NCBI GenBank assembly: GCA_050298055.1
Contig: JBNKTL010000039.1
Coordinates: forward strand, 1-47,914
Direction of reading: 5' to 3'
Source: Spirochaetota bacterium
GTDB lineage: Bacteria > Spirochaetota > UBA4802 > UBA5550
DNA length: 47,914 bases
Position 1 is the stretch's first letter. The number at the start of each line of letters is the position of its first letter. The notes under the pieces are model-generated. The model saw nothing but the letters and a program-made list of their open reading frames with translations, was not told the DNA's origin and searched no databases. Below are positions 1 to 9,922 of this stretch, piece by piece. A program made the position numbers and the translations under genes.

Positions 1-612
1 TTTCAAAAGTAAAAAAAAGCGACCCTGATCCATATATCAACAGACTATGTTTTTGACGGGACAAAGGAGGGTGAATATCTGGAAGAAGACAGTACCTGCC
101 CCACGGGAGTCTATGGGAAAAGTAAACTTAAAGGTGAAAAGTATATTATTGAAACAACTGAAAAGTTCTTTGTTATCCGTACATCCTGGCTGTATGGTAA
201 AAACGGTAATAACTTTATAAATACAATGCTGCGGCTTTTTAAAGAGCGGGATGAAGTCAATGTTGTTGATGACCAGTGGGGGAGCCCCACTTCTACAGTC
301 GATCTTGCTTCACTGATTCTTGAAATCGTAAAAAGAAAGAGCAGTGAATATGGGATATACCATTTCTCATCTGATGGGAAAACAAACTGGTATGAATTTG
401 CATCTTTCATAAAAACCAGGTCAGAAGAAATGAAACTTCTCCAAAAAGAAGTTGCGGTAAATCCAATATCAACTTCCGGGTTTCCCACTAAGGCCAAGAG
501 ACCGGTAAACTCGTACATGTCCAAGGATAAGGTACGGAAAACCTTCGGTTTTATAATACCAGACTGGAAAGACTCCGTGGACAGGTATTTACATGATATT
601 AATAAATCATAA
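1..612 (+). CDS. rfbD: dTDP-4-dehydrorhamnose reductase, 5'-partial, with apparent frameshift at the window edge
   Basis: Frame 1 from nt 13 reads KKATLIHISTDYVFDG...YGKSKLKGE...IRTSWLYG...VVDDQWGSPT...PTKAKRPVNS, which are RmlD motifs. There is an in-frame TAA at 10-12 beside an A8 run. Confidence 0.92.
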
Positions 613-629
613 GGAATAATGGAAGAGGA

Positions 630-1709
630 ATGAGATTAATGAGAAAGCTGAACAACATTATGATAACCGGTGGGTGTGGGTTTATCGGTTCAAACTTTAT
701 CAGGTATTTATTTGAAAAAACAGATTTCAAAGGAAAAATTATAAATGTTGATAAACTGACTTACGCGGGAAATCCTGATAACCTTACTGATATCAATGAT
801 ACATATGGTGGCGAAAGATACTTCTTTGAGCATGTGGATATCTGTGATTATGAAGCAGTTAATAAAATTGTTTCAAGTCATAATATTGATACCATCATCC
901 ACTATGCGGCAGAATCACATGTTGACAGGTCAATCCATGGACCCAAAGAATTTATTGAAACAAACATTCTGGGTACATTCAACCTTCTTGAAGTGGCAAG
1001 AGAATTCTGGGGCGAGAGGGAAGATGTGCTTTTCCATCATGTAAGTACCGACGAGGTTTACGGTTCTCTTGGTGATACCGGGTATTTTTTTGAAGAGACT
1101 CCTTATGATCCCCGGAGCCCTTATTCGGCATCCAAGGCATCATCGGACCACCTTGTCCGGGCATACCTCCACACCTACAATATGCAGGTGACACTCTCAA
1201 ATTGCACAAACAATTACGGACCGTACCAGTTCCCGGAAAAACTGATACCTGTTATGATCATGAATATCAGAGACGAGAAGGACCTCCCCGTTTATGGGGA
1301 TGGGAAAAATATCCGTGACTGGCTTTTTGTTGATGACCACAGCAGCGCCATTTGGGCCATTATGAATAGAGGAAAAACAGGAGAAACATACAATATTGGC
1401 GGAGAGAATGAATGGGAGAACATTAAGCTTGTAAATGTACTCTGTGAAAAAATGGCCGGTGTCATGGATAAGGAGAATGAGTACTATAAAAAACTGATAA
1501 CCTTTGTGGGGGACAGACCCGGTCACGATAGGAGATATGCCATAAACTGTGATAAAATCAAGAAGGAGCTGGACTGGAAACAGAGTCTCAAATTTGATGA
1601 AGGCCTTGAACGTACCATAAAATGGTACCTGGATAATCCCGAATGGATTGAGAATATTAAGAGCGGCGAATATCTTAAATGGATGGAGAAGAACTACCTC
1701 AACCGTTAA
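630..1709 (+). CDS. rfbB: dTDP-glucose 4,6-dehydratase
   Basis: Motifs GGCGFIG, AAESHVDRSI, HVSTDEVYG, YSASK, NNYGPYQFPEKLIP and DRPGHDRRY. Confidence 0.97.
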   Translation: MRLMRKLNNIMITGGCGFIGSNFIRYLFEKTDFKGKIINVDKLTYAGNPDNLTDINDTYGGERYFFEHVDICDYEAVNKIVSSHNIDTIIHYAAESHVDRSIHGPKEFIETNILGTFNLLEVAREFWGEREDVLFHHVSTDEVYGSLGDTGYFFEETPYDPRSPYSASKASSDHLVRAYLHTYNMQVTLSNCTNNYGPYQFPEKLIPVMIMNIRDEKDLPVYGDGKNIRDWLFVDDHSSAIWAIMNRGKTGETYNIGGENEWENIKLVNVLCEKMAGVMDKENEYYKKLITFVGDRPGHDRRYAINCDKIKKELDWKQSLKFDEGLERTIKWYLDNPEWIENIKSGEYLKWMEKNYLNR

Positions 1710-2788
1710 GAATTAATAATTCTGACCAGTTCATTTGCCAATTTTTTTATATCGTGGTTTTCTTCCGCGTATTTAAATGAATTCTGTGACATGAGAGAAT
1801 ATTTTTTGTTATCATTGATTAGTTGCATCATGTATTTTGACATAAGCGAGTCATCATCACCGCAGCAATATCCGCAATGATATTTTTCCAGTATATGATC
1901 AGGATCAACATTTAGTGATAGTACCGGTGTACTGTTTTTGAATGCCTGTACAAACGTGTTTGGAAAGCCTTCAGCTTCCGAAGTATTTACGAATAATTTT
2001 GCTTCCCTGTAATAGCTGTCAATCTCCTGGAAATGGACAAAGGATATGACCTCAATGGATTTACTGCCTGCCGCCATTTTATATATTTTGTCAGCATAGT
2101 TTTCATAGCCCTTTATCTTTGGGGCGATCATAATAAATATTTCATCAGGAAAATGTTCAGCTAACCGGATAAATTTCTCAGGTCGTTTCCATGGCTCAAG
2201 TCTTCCAACCCAGAGTATTGTTTTTTTTTCATGAGAATTTACTTTGTTTATTTCATAGCCGCTTCTCACAATCATGCACTGGCGATTATATTTCTCATCC
2301 AGATAGCCCTTCTGGAAATTGCTCTGTACAACCAGAATAGATGTATAGTTCAGGAGCAGTTTAAACAACAAACATCTTTTATTGTTTTTCTGGTATCGGC
2401 CCCTTATTTCTCTGTCGTGTGCAAACATGAAGATAAACTTTATCCTGAAAAGTTTACAATAGATTGCCAGAAGACAGGAAAAAACGGTAAGGCCTCGTTG
2501 TATGACCACATCAGGTCTCATTTCCCGAATTTTTTTGTGATATGTGATGATTTTTTTTAGGGGGCTATCACTGTTTTTAAATGTCCTGATAAATGTAAAT
2601 TTGTCACTATCAGGGAAGTAAATTTCCGGGTAGTCGGATATCAGTGAATAAACAATGAGTTCTTCATAGTTGTGAAGTTCCCTGGCAATATTGTAGAGTT
2701 GTGCGGTGGCCCCTCCAAATGATTCAATGGAGTTTATATTGAATATTGCTTCAGAATCTTTTGGAAAAATGACAATGACTCTTTTCAT
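1706..2788 (-). CDS. Glycosyltransferase family 4 (GT-B)
   Basis: Motifs SFGGA, ILWVGRLEPWKRP and FVNTSEAEGFPNTFVQA. Confidence 0.9.
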   Translation of the reverse strand: MKRVIVIFPKDSEAIFNINSIESFGGATAQLYNIARELHNYEELIVYSLISDYPEIYFPDSDKFTFIRTFKNSDSPLKKIITYHKKIREMRPDVVIQRGLTVFSCLLAIYCKLFRIKFIFMFAHDREIRGRYQKNNKRCLLFKLLLNYTSILVVQSNFQKGYLDEKYNRQCMIVRSGYEINKVNSHEKKTILWVGRLEPWKRPEKFIRLAEHFPDEIFIMIAPKIKGYENYADKIYKMAAGSKSIEVISFVHFQEIDSYYREAKLFVNTSEAEGFPNTFVQAFKNSTPVLSLNVDPDHILEKYHCGYCCGDDDSLMSKYMMQLINDNKKYSLMSQNSFKYAEENHDIKKLANELVRIINS

Positions 2789-2800
2789 ATTCTTTGAAGA

Positions 2801-3982
2801 TCAGTTTTTCCCTTCCAGGAGCAGTTTGCAGAACCTGTTCAGCATTTTATCCTGTTGTACTGAGATATCCCTGTATCTTTTAAGCGATCTTTTTGAATAA
2901 TCATCGTAGATGTTTTTTTCATAAAGGAGCATCAGCATCCGGTTTTTAATTTCATCTGTTCTAAACGGGTTAAAATAAATTGCGGCATCTTTACATATTT
3001 CAGATACGGATGCAATTGCTGAGCAGGCTACAGGGATACCATATTTCATGGCCTCAAGAGGAGGGTATCCAAAGCCTTCATTGAGGGTGGGATAAAGAAA
3101 TGAGTGAGAATACTTATACAGGATTTCGAGCTCATAATCTTCAATGTAGTCGGTAAATATAAAATTTCTGTCATTTTTTAACTTCAGAAAGATCGATTTG
3201 AGGTTTTTCCCTCCAATAACAACAACCCTGTAATCAAGTTTTTCATGCTCTGTGAAAATTTCATCAAGGGCTTTTATGCCCCGGTAGGCATTTTTTATCC
3301 ACCTGTTTCCACCTATGAGGAGTATGAATTTATTTTTCTGAAGACGAAATTTTTCAAGGGTTTCGCTTTCTTTCTTATTAACAGATTTTATATGTTTAAT
3401 GGGAGGATATATCACAATAATATCTTTTGGTTCAAGTAGAGGAAAGAAGCTGATGAGACTGAACTTTGTATGCTCGGAATCTACAATAAGTTGTTTACTT
3501 TTATTGTTTTTCCTGATAAGTTTTTTAAACCGGGATATTATTAAATTTCTGTAAAACCCCGGTAGCAGTGTTTTTACAAGCCATCTTATGAGTGTCCCGA
3601 GATCTCTGCTGTATATAAACTCGTACCTGTCCGCGGGCATTTCAAGATCACGGAGGCCGTGAAGTGTATAGATAAAATCTGTGGAGGAAAAATCAGTATT
3701 ATAGTATTTGTATGTAAGAGCCGTGTAAAATTTATCGAATTTTTCAGCTTTCAGGAGTTTTTCAATATCACTGTTTTCCTTTACCGGGTAGAGTTTGATC
3801 TCATTTTTTTTTATGAGGTCTTTAATATCCGGATCAAACCATTCGCCGGGATTGTAAATTCCGCATATTATACTCTTCTTTATTGTCAACAGGTGAATAA
3901 AAACGGCTTTGGCATATTCGCCTGCTCCGTGGAATTTACCCTGGCTCGGTTGTGTTGCTGTTAGATCAAACAATAATCTCAT
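2801..3982 (-). CDS. Glycosyltransferase family 4 (WbaZ/MtfB-like)
   Basis: Motifs YPTLNEGFGYPPLEAM and HGAGEY. Start placed at the ATG at 3982 (MRLLFD); the ORF extends to 4015. Confidence 0.9.
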   Translation of the reverse strand: MRLLFDLTATQPSQGKFHGAGEYAKAVFIHLLTIKKSIICGIYNPGEWFDPDIKDLIKKNEIKLYPVKENSDIEKLLKAEKFDKFYTALTYKYYNTDFSSTDFIYTLHGLRDLEMPADRYEFIYSRDLGTLIRWLVKTLLPGFYRNLIISRFKKLIRKNNKSKQLIVDSEHTKFSLISFFPLLEPKDIIVIYPPIKHIKSVNKKESETLEKFRLQKNKFILLIGGNRWIKNAYRGIKALDEIFTEHEKLDYRVVVIGGKNLKSIFLKLKNDRNFIFTDYIEDYELEILYKYSHSFLYPTLNEGFGYPPLEAMKYGIPVACSAIASVSEICKDAAIYFNPFRTDEIKNRMLMLLYEKNIYDDYSKRSLKRYRDISVQQDKMLNRFCKLLLEGKN

Positions 3983-4022
3983 AAAGAATCCTGTTTCTTC
4001 AGATCCTGCGGGCACTATTTCA

Positions 4023-5261
4023 TTAAATATCTTCTTTATCCGGTTTATTAATATCTATAGCCTGTTCCGAATTTCTTGTTTTCACGAGTATCATGAAAAA
4101 GAAAAATACCGGAACATTCAGATTGTCAATCATGATCTGGGAATCAAAGAGAGAGGAAATGATAAATGAAATAATTGCAAATGAAAAATAGTAATTTCCG
4201 GAAACCAGTGATTGCACAGTTCTTCTGTAAAATATATATGTGATAATGGCTAAATTGATTACTCCATATCTGCCAAGTACACTAAGAAATATGTTGTGCA
4301 TAGAATATTTAGGATAGTGATTATTTATAGTTGCGGAAAAACCTTTCCCGAATAAAAAAGTTACAATATCAAAATTTTTGTATAAATCAATGAAATAATC
4401 AATCCAGAAATGAAGTCTTAAACGAGCAGAAATACCTTTGTAAAATTTAAGCAGTGAAAACAAGTATATTTTTGTTATAAATAAGGTTGTAGTTATGATA
4501 AAAATAAAAAGAACAATCATTAAGATATATTTCATCTTAAATTGTCTTTTTTTTATTGAATAGATAATGACAAAAATTGTGAAAATCAACAGTGCCAGTA
4601 TGGCCCCTCTTGAACCTGAAAGAAAGGTTGCTAAAACGTTAAAGGAAAAAATTATTAAATAGATTATTGAACCGGTTCGCTGTGAATTTTTTTCCTGAAA
4701 GATTGATGTAATGAGTGCTGATACTGCACCTGTAAATGACAGTAAACCAAAAAAGTTTGGGTTCCATGTTAGTCCCAGGAATGGTGTATTGAAAAGAACC
4801 TTACTTTTTATTATTAATAATCCCCCCATGAAGTGTATCAATGGAATAAAGCTAAACACTTTAAATACCTGAGTAATTTCTTTATTATCAGAATCATCTC
4901 TTATAATAAAAAAAGAAGATAAGCCAAGATAAAGAAGGATTACTTCAATGGGATTACCGATACTGTGCGGATTGTATTGTCGGTTGATTATAAAGTTTGA
5001 AATAACAGCTATAATAAAATATACGAGAATTAATTTTTCATCAATATAAAATTTCAGGTTTTTTAAGATAAATAATCTCAGTGTTATTATGAATATAAAT
5101 CCTGAAAGAATGACAATTTTAATGAATCTGTATAAAAAAACCTTGTCCTGTATTAATACAGTTTTTAATGGCAAGAGAAGAACAATAAAAAACATCAGAA
5201 TAGGGAAAAGATAATAACCTGATGATGTTATTTGATACTTTAATTTATAGTCTTGGTTCAT
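4023..5261 (-). CDS. O-antigen polymerase/ligase family membrane protein (Wzy/WaaL)
   Basis: About 10 hydrophobic segments; motifs NPN, SGSRG, R..W, FLFGKG and HN; very low GC; lies within the polysaccharide locus. Confidence 0.8.
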   Translation of the reverse strand: MNQDYKLKYQITSSGYYLFPILMFFIVLLLPLKTVLIQDKVFLYRFIKIVILSGFIFIITLRLFILKNLKFYIDEKLILVYFIIAVISNFIINRQYNPHSIGNPIEVILLYLGLSSFFIIRDDSDNKEITQVFKVFSFIPLIHFMGGLLIIKSKVLFNTPFLGLTWNPNFFGLLSFTGAVSALITSIFQEKNSQRTGSIIYLIIFSFNVLATFLSGSRGAILALLIFTIFVIIYSIKKRQFKMKYILMIVLFIFIITTTLFITKIYLFSLLKFYKGISARLRLHFWIDYFIDLYKNFDIVTFLFGKGFSATINNHYPKYSMHNIFLSVLGRYGVINLAIITYIFYRRTVQSLVSGNYYFSFAIISFIISSLFDSQIMIDNLNVPVFFFFMILVKTRNSEQAIDINKPDKEDI

Positions 5262-5293
5262 ATTATGTATACAGAAAAATGAGCACTGTGTTC

Positions 5294-6037
5294 CTATAAG
5301 TTATACTGTTTATTAACTTTTATTTCAATCACCATTCCTTTCCCAAACATTGTTTTCCACAATTTATTTAAAACCGGGATCCCCTGGTATATATGAATAT
5401 CACTTCTTTCGCTGTAACCGAGTTCTTTAAGCCACCATTTTATGTCTTTATATGTCCAAAACCTGAGATGTTCGCCGGGATGGACGACCCATTGCATAAC
5501 CGAACGTCCAAACAACATTCTTAACCTGTGAGTAAAATACCCGGTATTGGGAATACTGATAAAAACAGATCTTGTCGCCTTTTCTGTCATTAGTTTCACT
5601 GTTTCTTCTGGATTAACAAGATGTTCAATTATTTCAAAAAGTATTATGTAATCGGAAACAGGCAGTTTTTTTACCTGATTAATATCATTCAGATCACATT
5701 TAAAGGCATTTATATTTTTCTTTTTAAGAAATTCTATAACACTGTCTGAGATTTCAGTAGCAACGGGATTTATTTTTTTATGCTCCATAAGGTAGAGAAG
5801 AATACCTCCCATACCGCAGCTGATGTCCATAACACTTGAGTTTTCAATTATCCGCGGGATGATCCAGTCTGTCCGTTCTTTCTGAAATGCATTAATCATA
5901 CCCTGTTGAGTAGAACTCCCATCCTTTACTCTCTTTTCCCAGTATTCATCATAATCGGTATTTTCAAGAATCATATGCGGATACTTGAAAATACCAGTAT
6001 AAATTCTCCTCAATGTATTGTAAATTTTTTTCATCAA
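5294..6037 (-). CDS. Class I SAM-dependent methyltransferase (MetW-like)
   Basis: Motif I variant VMDISCGMG, plus ILFEIIEHL, SIPNTG and HLRFWT. Confidence 0.82.
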   Translation of the reverse strand: MMKKIYNTLRRIYTGIFKYPHMILENTDYDEYWEKRVKDGSSTQQGMINAFQKERTDWIIPRIIENSSVMDISCGMGGILLYLMEHKKINPVATEISDSVIEFLKKKNINAFKCDLNDINQVKKLPVSDYIILFEIIEHLVNPEETVKLMTEKATRSVFISIPNTGYFTHRLRMLFGRSVMQWVVHPGEHLRFWTYKDIKWWLKELGYSERSDIHIYQGIPVLNKLWKTMFGKGMVIEIKVNKQYNL

Positions 6038-6311
6038 TTGATTTTCAAAAAATTATTAATACAAAATGATTTTTTACCGGTATTTGTCAAATTAAATTCT
6101 TATACCGGTATTTTCAGTTATAATATTATTACTATATTTTTGGATTAAGGTACATTTAAAGAACAATGAGCAGCGATAATATCGATAATTTTCACATATT
6201 CAATTATTAATTTAAACTTGTTATGACTTTAGCTTCATATAATAATTGACATGTTAATGAATAAAACATTACTGATATATTCACATTGTTGACGGTGGTG
6301 TAGTGATATTA

Positions 6312-6335
6312 GTAAATACACAGTTGAGTAGTTAC
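6312..6335. mobile_element. Minimal remnant of the MITE-like family (two terminal repeats back to back)
   Basis: GTAAATACACA-GT-TGAGTAGTTAC: arms are 9/11 inverted and match the termini of the copies at 22082, 35620, 39643 and 47831. Confidence 0.4.
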
Positions 6336-6349
6336 TCAGATTTATAATT

Positions 6350-7777
6350 GTGAAAAGCGATAAAAGAAGGATATTTATTAACTCCATTATTGTTACATCT
6401 GCAAATATTATTGATAAGTTCTTATTTATTGTTATTAATATAGTAATAGCTCGCTACCTGAGTAAAGCAGATTTTGGAGAATATACAACCGCACTTGGCT
6501 TTGCATCCTTTTTTGCAATATTTGCAAATGTCGGTATTAACGAGGCCCTTGTGAGGGCTGTAAATCTTGAATATGATCTTGAAAGCGAGCATTTTGGAAA
6601 CACTCTCTTTACGAAAACGGTTTTAGCGATTTTTGTATATGCCTGTATGGTTCTTTCTCTGTTTTTTACACCATATAACCGGAACACTATTCTCTTAACT
6701 CTGCTCCTGGGTATTGTGAGAATAGGCAGTGAATATCTTTCTGCATTTTATGCTCTCTATAATGCGAAGGAACAATTCAGGATTTCATCGATTTTTATAA
6801 TATCCTTTGCTCTTTCATTATTATCCGGGACTGTTCTTGTTGTTCTTCAGAAGGGTAATTATTTTCACCTTGTGAACGTGAGGTTGTTTCTTGTGGTGAT
6901 TTTTATAATATTGATACTGGTCTTAACATTAAAAAATTTCAGAATCAGGTTTGATAAAAAGACAGTAAAGGGATTTATACTGAATGCGATCCCTTTTGGA
7001 CTCTTTATCATCTACTTTAACTTTATACAGAGATCAAATATCATCATACTCTCCTTGATGCATGGAACAGTCCACTCGGGTATTTTTAATAATGGATTTC
7101 TTTTCTTTATCAGCCTTGCTTTTATTCAAACAAGTTTTCACCGGGTTATTCTTCCTTTTCTTTATAAAGTCCCCTTTAATGAAAACAGAAATAAATATCA
7201 GTTTACCTATGACATCTTTACAAAGTTTTTTTGTTTTATGTCTTTTTATCTTATCCTTGTTTTCTTCCTTTATTCTGATAAGATAATTATTGGGATATTT
7301 GGTGAAAAATACAGGGAATCAATTGAAGTATTAAAAATTGTTTCTCTGGGGCTTCCCTTTTTATTCAATGTGGCTCCTATCATTCTCATCGCGCTGGAGA
7401 GGCAGAAAAAGAATACTCAGTTAGTTGGGTTTGCGGCTTTAATCAGTATTTTTACAAATATTTTTTTTATATATTTTTTAAAATCAAATGGAGCAGCAAT
7501 ATCCGCAGTCATTACATTTTTTTCACTTTTTCTTTTTACACATTCTTACCTGAAAAAAAATGCTTATATATTCGTAAGAAATGTCATCTATTACTATCTA
7601 ACTTTTATAATCATTACGGTTACCTGCATCGTTGTTAATTACTATTTTGTCCGGGACTGGTACTGGATCTCCGGTTTTATTTTCTCATCTGTATTATTTC
7701 TCTTGTTAACAGTTGTCATTCATATAAGAAGTGATGACAGAAGGATAATAAAAGAGATACTCGGTTTCAACAAATGA
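6350..7777 (+). CDS. wzx: Wzx-type polysaccharide flippase
   Basis: Motif IARYLSKADFGEY; many TM segments; C-terminal GAAISA; MOP superfamily layout. Confidence 0.88.
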   Translation: MKSDKRRIFINSIIVTSANIIDKFLFIVINIVIARYLSKADFGEYTTALGFASFFAIFANVGINEALVRAVNLEYDLESEHFGNTLFTKTVLAIFVYACMVLSLFFTPYNRNTILLTLLLGIVRIGSEYLSAFYALYNAKEQFRISSIFIISFALSLLSGTVLVVLQKGNYFHLVNVRLFLVVIFIILILVLTLKNFRIRFDKKTVKGFILNAIPFGLFIIYFNFIQRSNIIILSLMHGTVHSGIFNNGFLFFISLAFIQTSFHRVILPFLYKVPFNENRNKYQFTYDIFTKFFCFMSFYLILVFFLYSDKIIIGIFGEKYRESIEVLKIVSLGLPFLFNVAPIILIALERQKKNTQLVGFAALISIFTNIFFIYFLKSNGAAISAVITFFSLFLFTHSYLKKNAYIFVRNVIYYYLTFIIITVTCIVVNYYFVRDWYWISGFIFSSVLFLLLTVVIHIRSDDRRIIKEILGFNK

Positions 7778-8457
7778 AAAAAAATTATGCAATCATCCTT
7801 GCCGGCGGGAAAGGGGTCCGTTTAGGAGGTCAGATCCCCAAACAGTTTCTTCCCCTTGGTGACAGGCCGGTGATATTGAGGACAATTGATCTCTTTGACA
7901 GTCTGGAACAAATTGATGGAATTATTGCAGTTCTTCCTTCGGATTATATCAGGAGCTTTTATAGTGAGTCGGAGAAATATAATTACCGGAAAATCATTAA
8001 AGTTGTTGAAGGAGGGGAAACCCGCCAGAATTCGGCATATAATGCCCTGAAGTCATATGAATTTGATGATGAGGATATCCTGATATTTCATGATGCGGCA
8101 CGACCCTTTATCAGCAAAGAGATCATTATCAGCCTGATTAATGCAGTGGAAGAAACCGGGGCTGCAGGAACATATGTAAAAGCAATTGATACAATAACCG
8201 AAATCAGGGATGAGATGGTTAATAACATTCCAGACAGGAACTCACTCTATTCAACCCAGACGCCGCAGGGTTTCAGGTACCGGATTATAAAGAGAGCACA
8301 TGATGATGCGCGCAAATCGGGGATTATTGATGCTACTGATGATGTTTCTCTTGTATTGAGAATAGGCGGTAATATAAAAGCAGTTTCCGGAGATTATCGT
8401 AATTTTAAAATAACTACGGAAAACGACTACAGGTATGCCCTTCAGTTAGTTGAATAA
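7774..8457 (+). CDS. ispD: IspD/TarI-family cytidylyltransferase
   Basis: Motifs LAGGKGVRL..PKQFL, GGETRQNS, HDAARPF, QTPQGF and NFKITT. Overlaps the wzx stop (ATGA). Confidence 0.85.
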   Translation: MKKNYAIILAGGKGVRLGGQIPKQFLPLGDRPVILRTIDLFDSLEQIDGIIAVLPSDYIRSFYSESEKYNYRKIIKVVEGGETRQNSAYNALKSYEFDDEDILIFHDAARPFISKEIIISLINAVEETGAAGTYVKAIDTITEIRDEMVNNIPDRNSLYSTQTPQGFRYRIIKRAHDDARKSGIIDATDDVSLVLRIGGNIKAVSGDYRNFKITTENDYRYALQLVE

Positions 8458-8560
8458 GGGGGCCAGCACTATTTATATCAGTATTTTTTCATTGAAAAAA
8501 AGACAATATAATTGTACTCTATTCAAGGTTTTGTTAGATGAAGAGCGGGAAAAATATGAG

Positions 8561-9922
8561 ATGAAAGATAGAATCTTAATTGTGGAAGATGACAGGGTAA
8601 CTTCCCTGATCATTCAGAAATACATTGAAGAACTTGGCTATGAAACAGCAGGTGCTGTCTCTTCAGGTGAAGAAGCAATTATTTATTCAAAAAACGTGAG
8701 TCCCGATCTTATATTAATGGATATTACCCTTGAAGGAGAAATGGATGGGATCGATTCTGCAAACCATATCTATAGTGAATTCAATATCCCCATCGTTTAT
8801 ATAACAACCTCATCTGACGATTCAACAATGAAGAGGGCGAAAGAAGCAAATCCATTCGGGTTCATAATCAAGCCTATAGATAAAAAGGAGCTCCGGGCAT
8901 CTCTTGAGCTTGCTCTTCTCCGCTACAGGATGGATGAGAAACTTATTGAGAATGAGGAAAAGTATTTTAACATTCTTGCAAGCATCGGTGATGCTGTTAT
9001 TGTAACGGATTATGACGGAAATATCACTTACATTAATCCCGTTGCGGAAAAAATGACCGGTTATAAACTCAGCGAAGTAGCTGGACTGTATGCTCAACAC
9101 CTTATTAATGTTGAAAACGTTGAAGTAAAACAACCTGCAATTACCAACAACGATGATTCAGATATAAGGAACAGGAGCTATCTCATATCAAAAGATAATT
9201 CAAAGACACCCGTTGACTACAGGTCCTCTCCTCAAAAGGACCGCAATGGAGATTATATCGGAACGGTTGTGGTTTTGAGGGATATAACGGAGAGTGTTAA
9301 ATCAGAAGACAAGCTTCATGAGAGTTTCAAGATGCTTCGAAAAGCCATGGGGGGAGCAATTCAGGCCATGGCCCAGACGGTTGAGTCCAGGGACCCCTAT
9401 ACCGCAGGCCACCAGAAAAGAGTATCAAATATTGCGAGGATGATTGCCGATGAACTCTCACTGAAAAGGGATCAAATAGAAGGGATCAGACTGGCAGGTG
9501 TAATACATGATCTGGGGAAGATATCCATTCCGGCAGAAATCCTGAGTAAACCGGGACGTATAACAGAAGTTGAATTTAATTTAATAAAGAACCATCCCCA
9601 GACAGGATATGATATTCTTAAAACCATAGATTTTCCCTGGCCCATAGCGGAGATCGTTTACCAGCATCATGAGCGAATTGATGGTTCCGGATATCCCAGG
9701 GGGCTTACCGGTGATGAAATAATGATAGAAGCGAAGATCCTTGCTGTGGCCGACGTTGTAGAGGCAATGGCTTCACACAGGCCCTACAGGCCGTCACTGG
9801 GAATTGATGTTGCCCTGGAGGAAATAGAGAAGAACAGAGGCAAACTCTATGATGAGGAGATTGCGGACGTCTGCATCGACATCTTCAGAAAAAAGAAGAT
9901 CGATATTGAGGCAATCAGGTAG
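8561..9922 (+). CDS. Response regulator with REC, PAS and HD-GYP domains (c-di-GMP phosphodiesterase)
   Basis: REC (ILIVEDD, LMDI, KP); PAS (GDAVIVTD..NPVAEKMTGY); HD-GYP (RDPYTAGH, IHDLGK, HHERIDGSGYP). Start placed at the ATG at 8561. Confidence 0.93.
   Translation: MKDRILIVEDDRVTSLIIQKYIEELGYETAGAVSSGEEAIIYSKNVSPDLILMDITLEGEMDGIDSANHIYSEFNIPIVYITTSSDDSTMKRAKEANPFGFIIKPIDKKELRASLELALLRYRMDEKLIENEEKYFNILASIGDAVIVTDYDGNITYINPVAEKMTGYKLSEVAGLYAQHLINVENVEVKQPAITNNDDSDIRNRSYLISKDNSKTPVDYRSSPQKDRNGDYIGTVVVLRDITESVKSEDKLHESFKMLRKAMGGAIQAMAQTVESRDPYTAGHQKRVSNIARMIADELSLKRDQIEGIRLAGVIHDLGKISIPAEILSKPGRITEVEFNLIKNHPQTGYDILKTIDFPWPIAEIVYQHHERIDGSGYPRGLTGDEIMIEAKILAVADVVEAMASHRPYRPSLGIDVALEEIEKNRGKLYDEEIADVCIDIFRKKKIDIEAIR

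Noticed and set aside
2221..3812. T9 runs in the two glycosyltransferases as phase-variation tracts
   Set aside because: Both genes are in frame and such runs are expected in AT-rich, Lys-rich genes; read-level evidence is needed.
6291..6304. GACGGTGGTGTAG resembling an ops/JUMPstart element before wzx
   Set aside because: Mismatches the GGCGGTAG core and lacks the JUMPstart hairpin.
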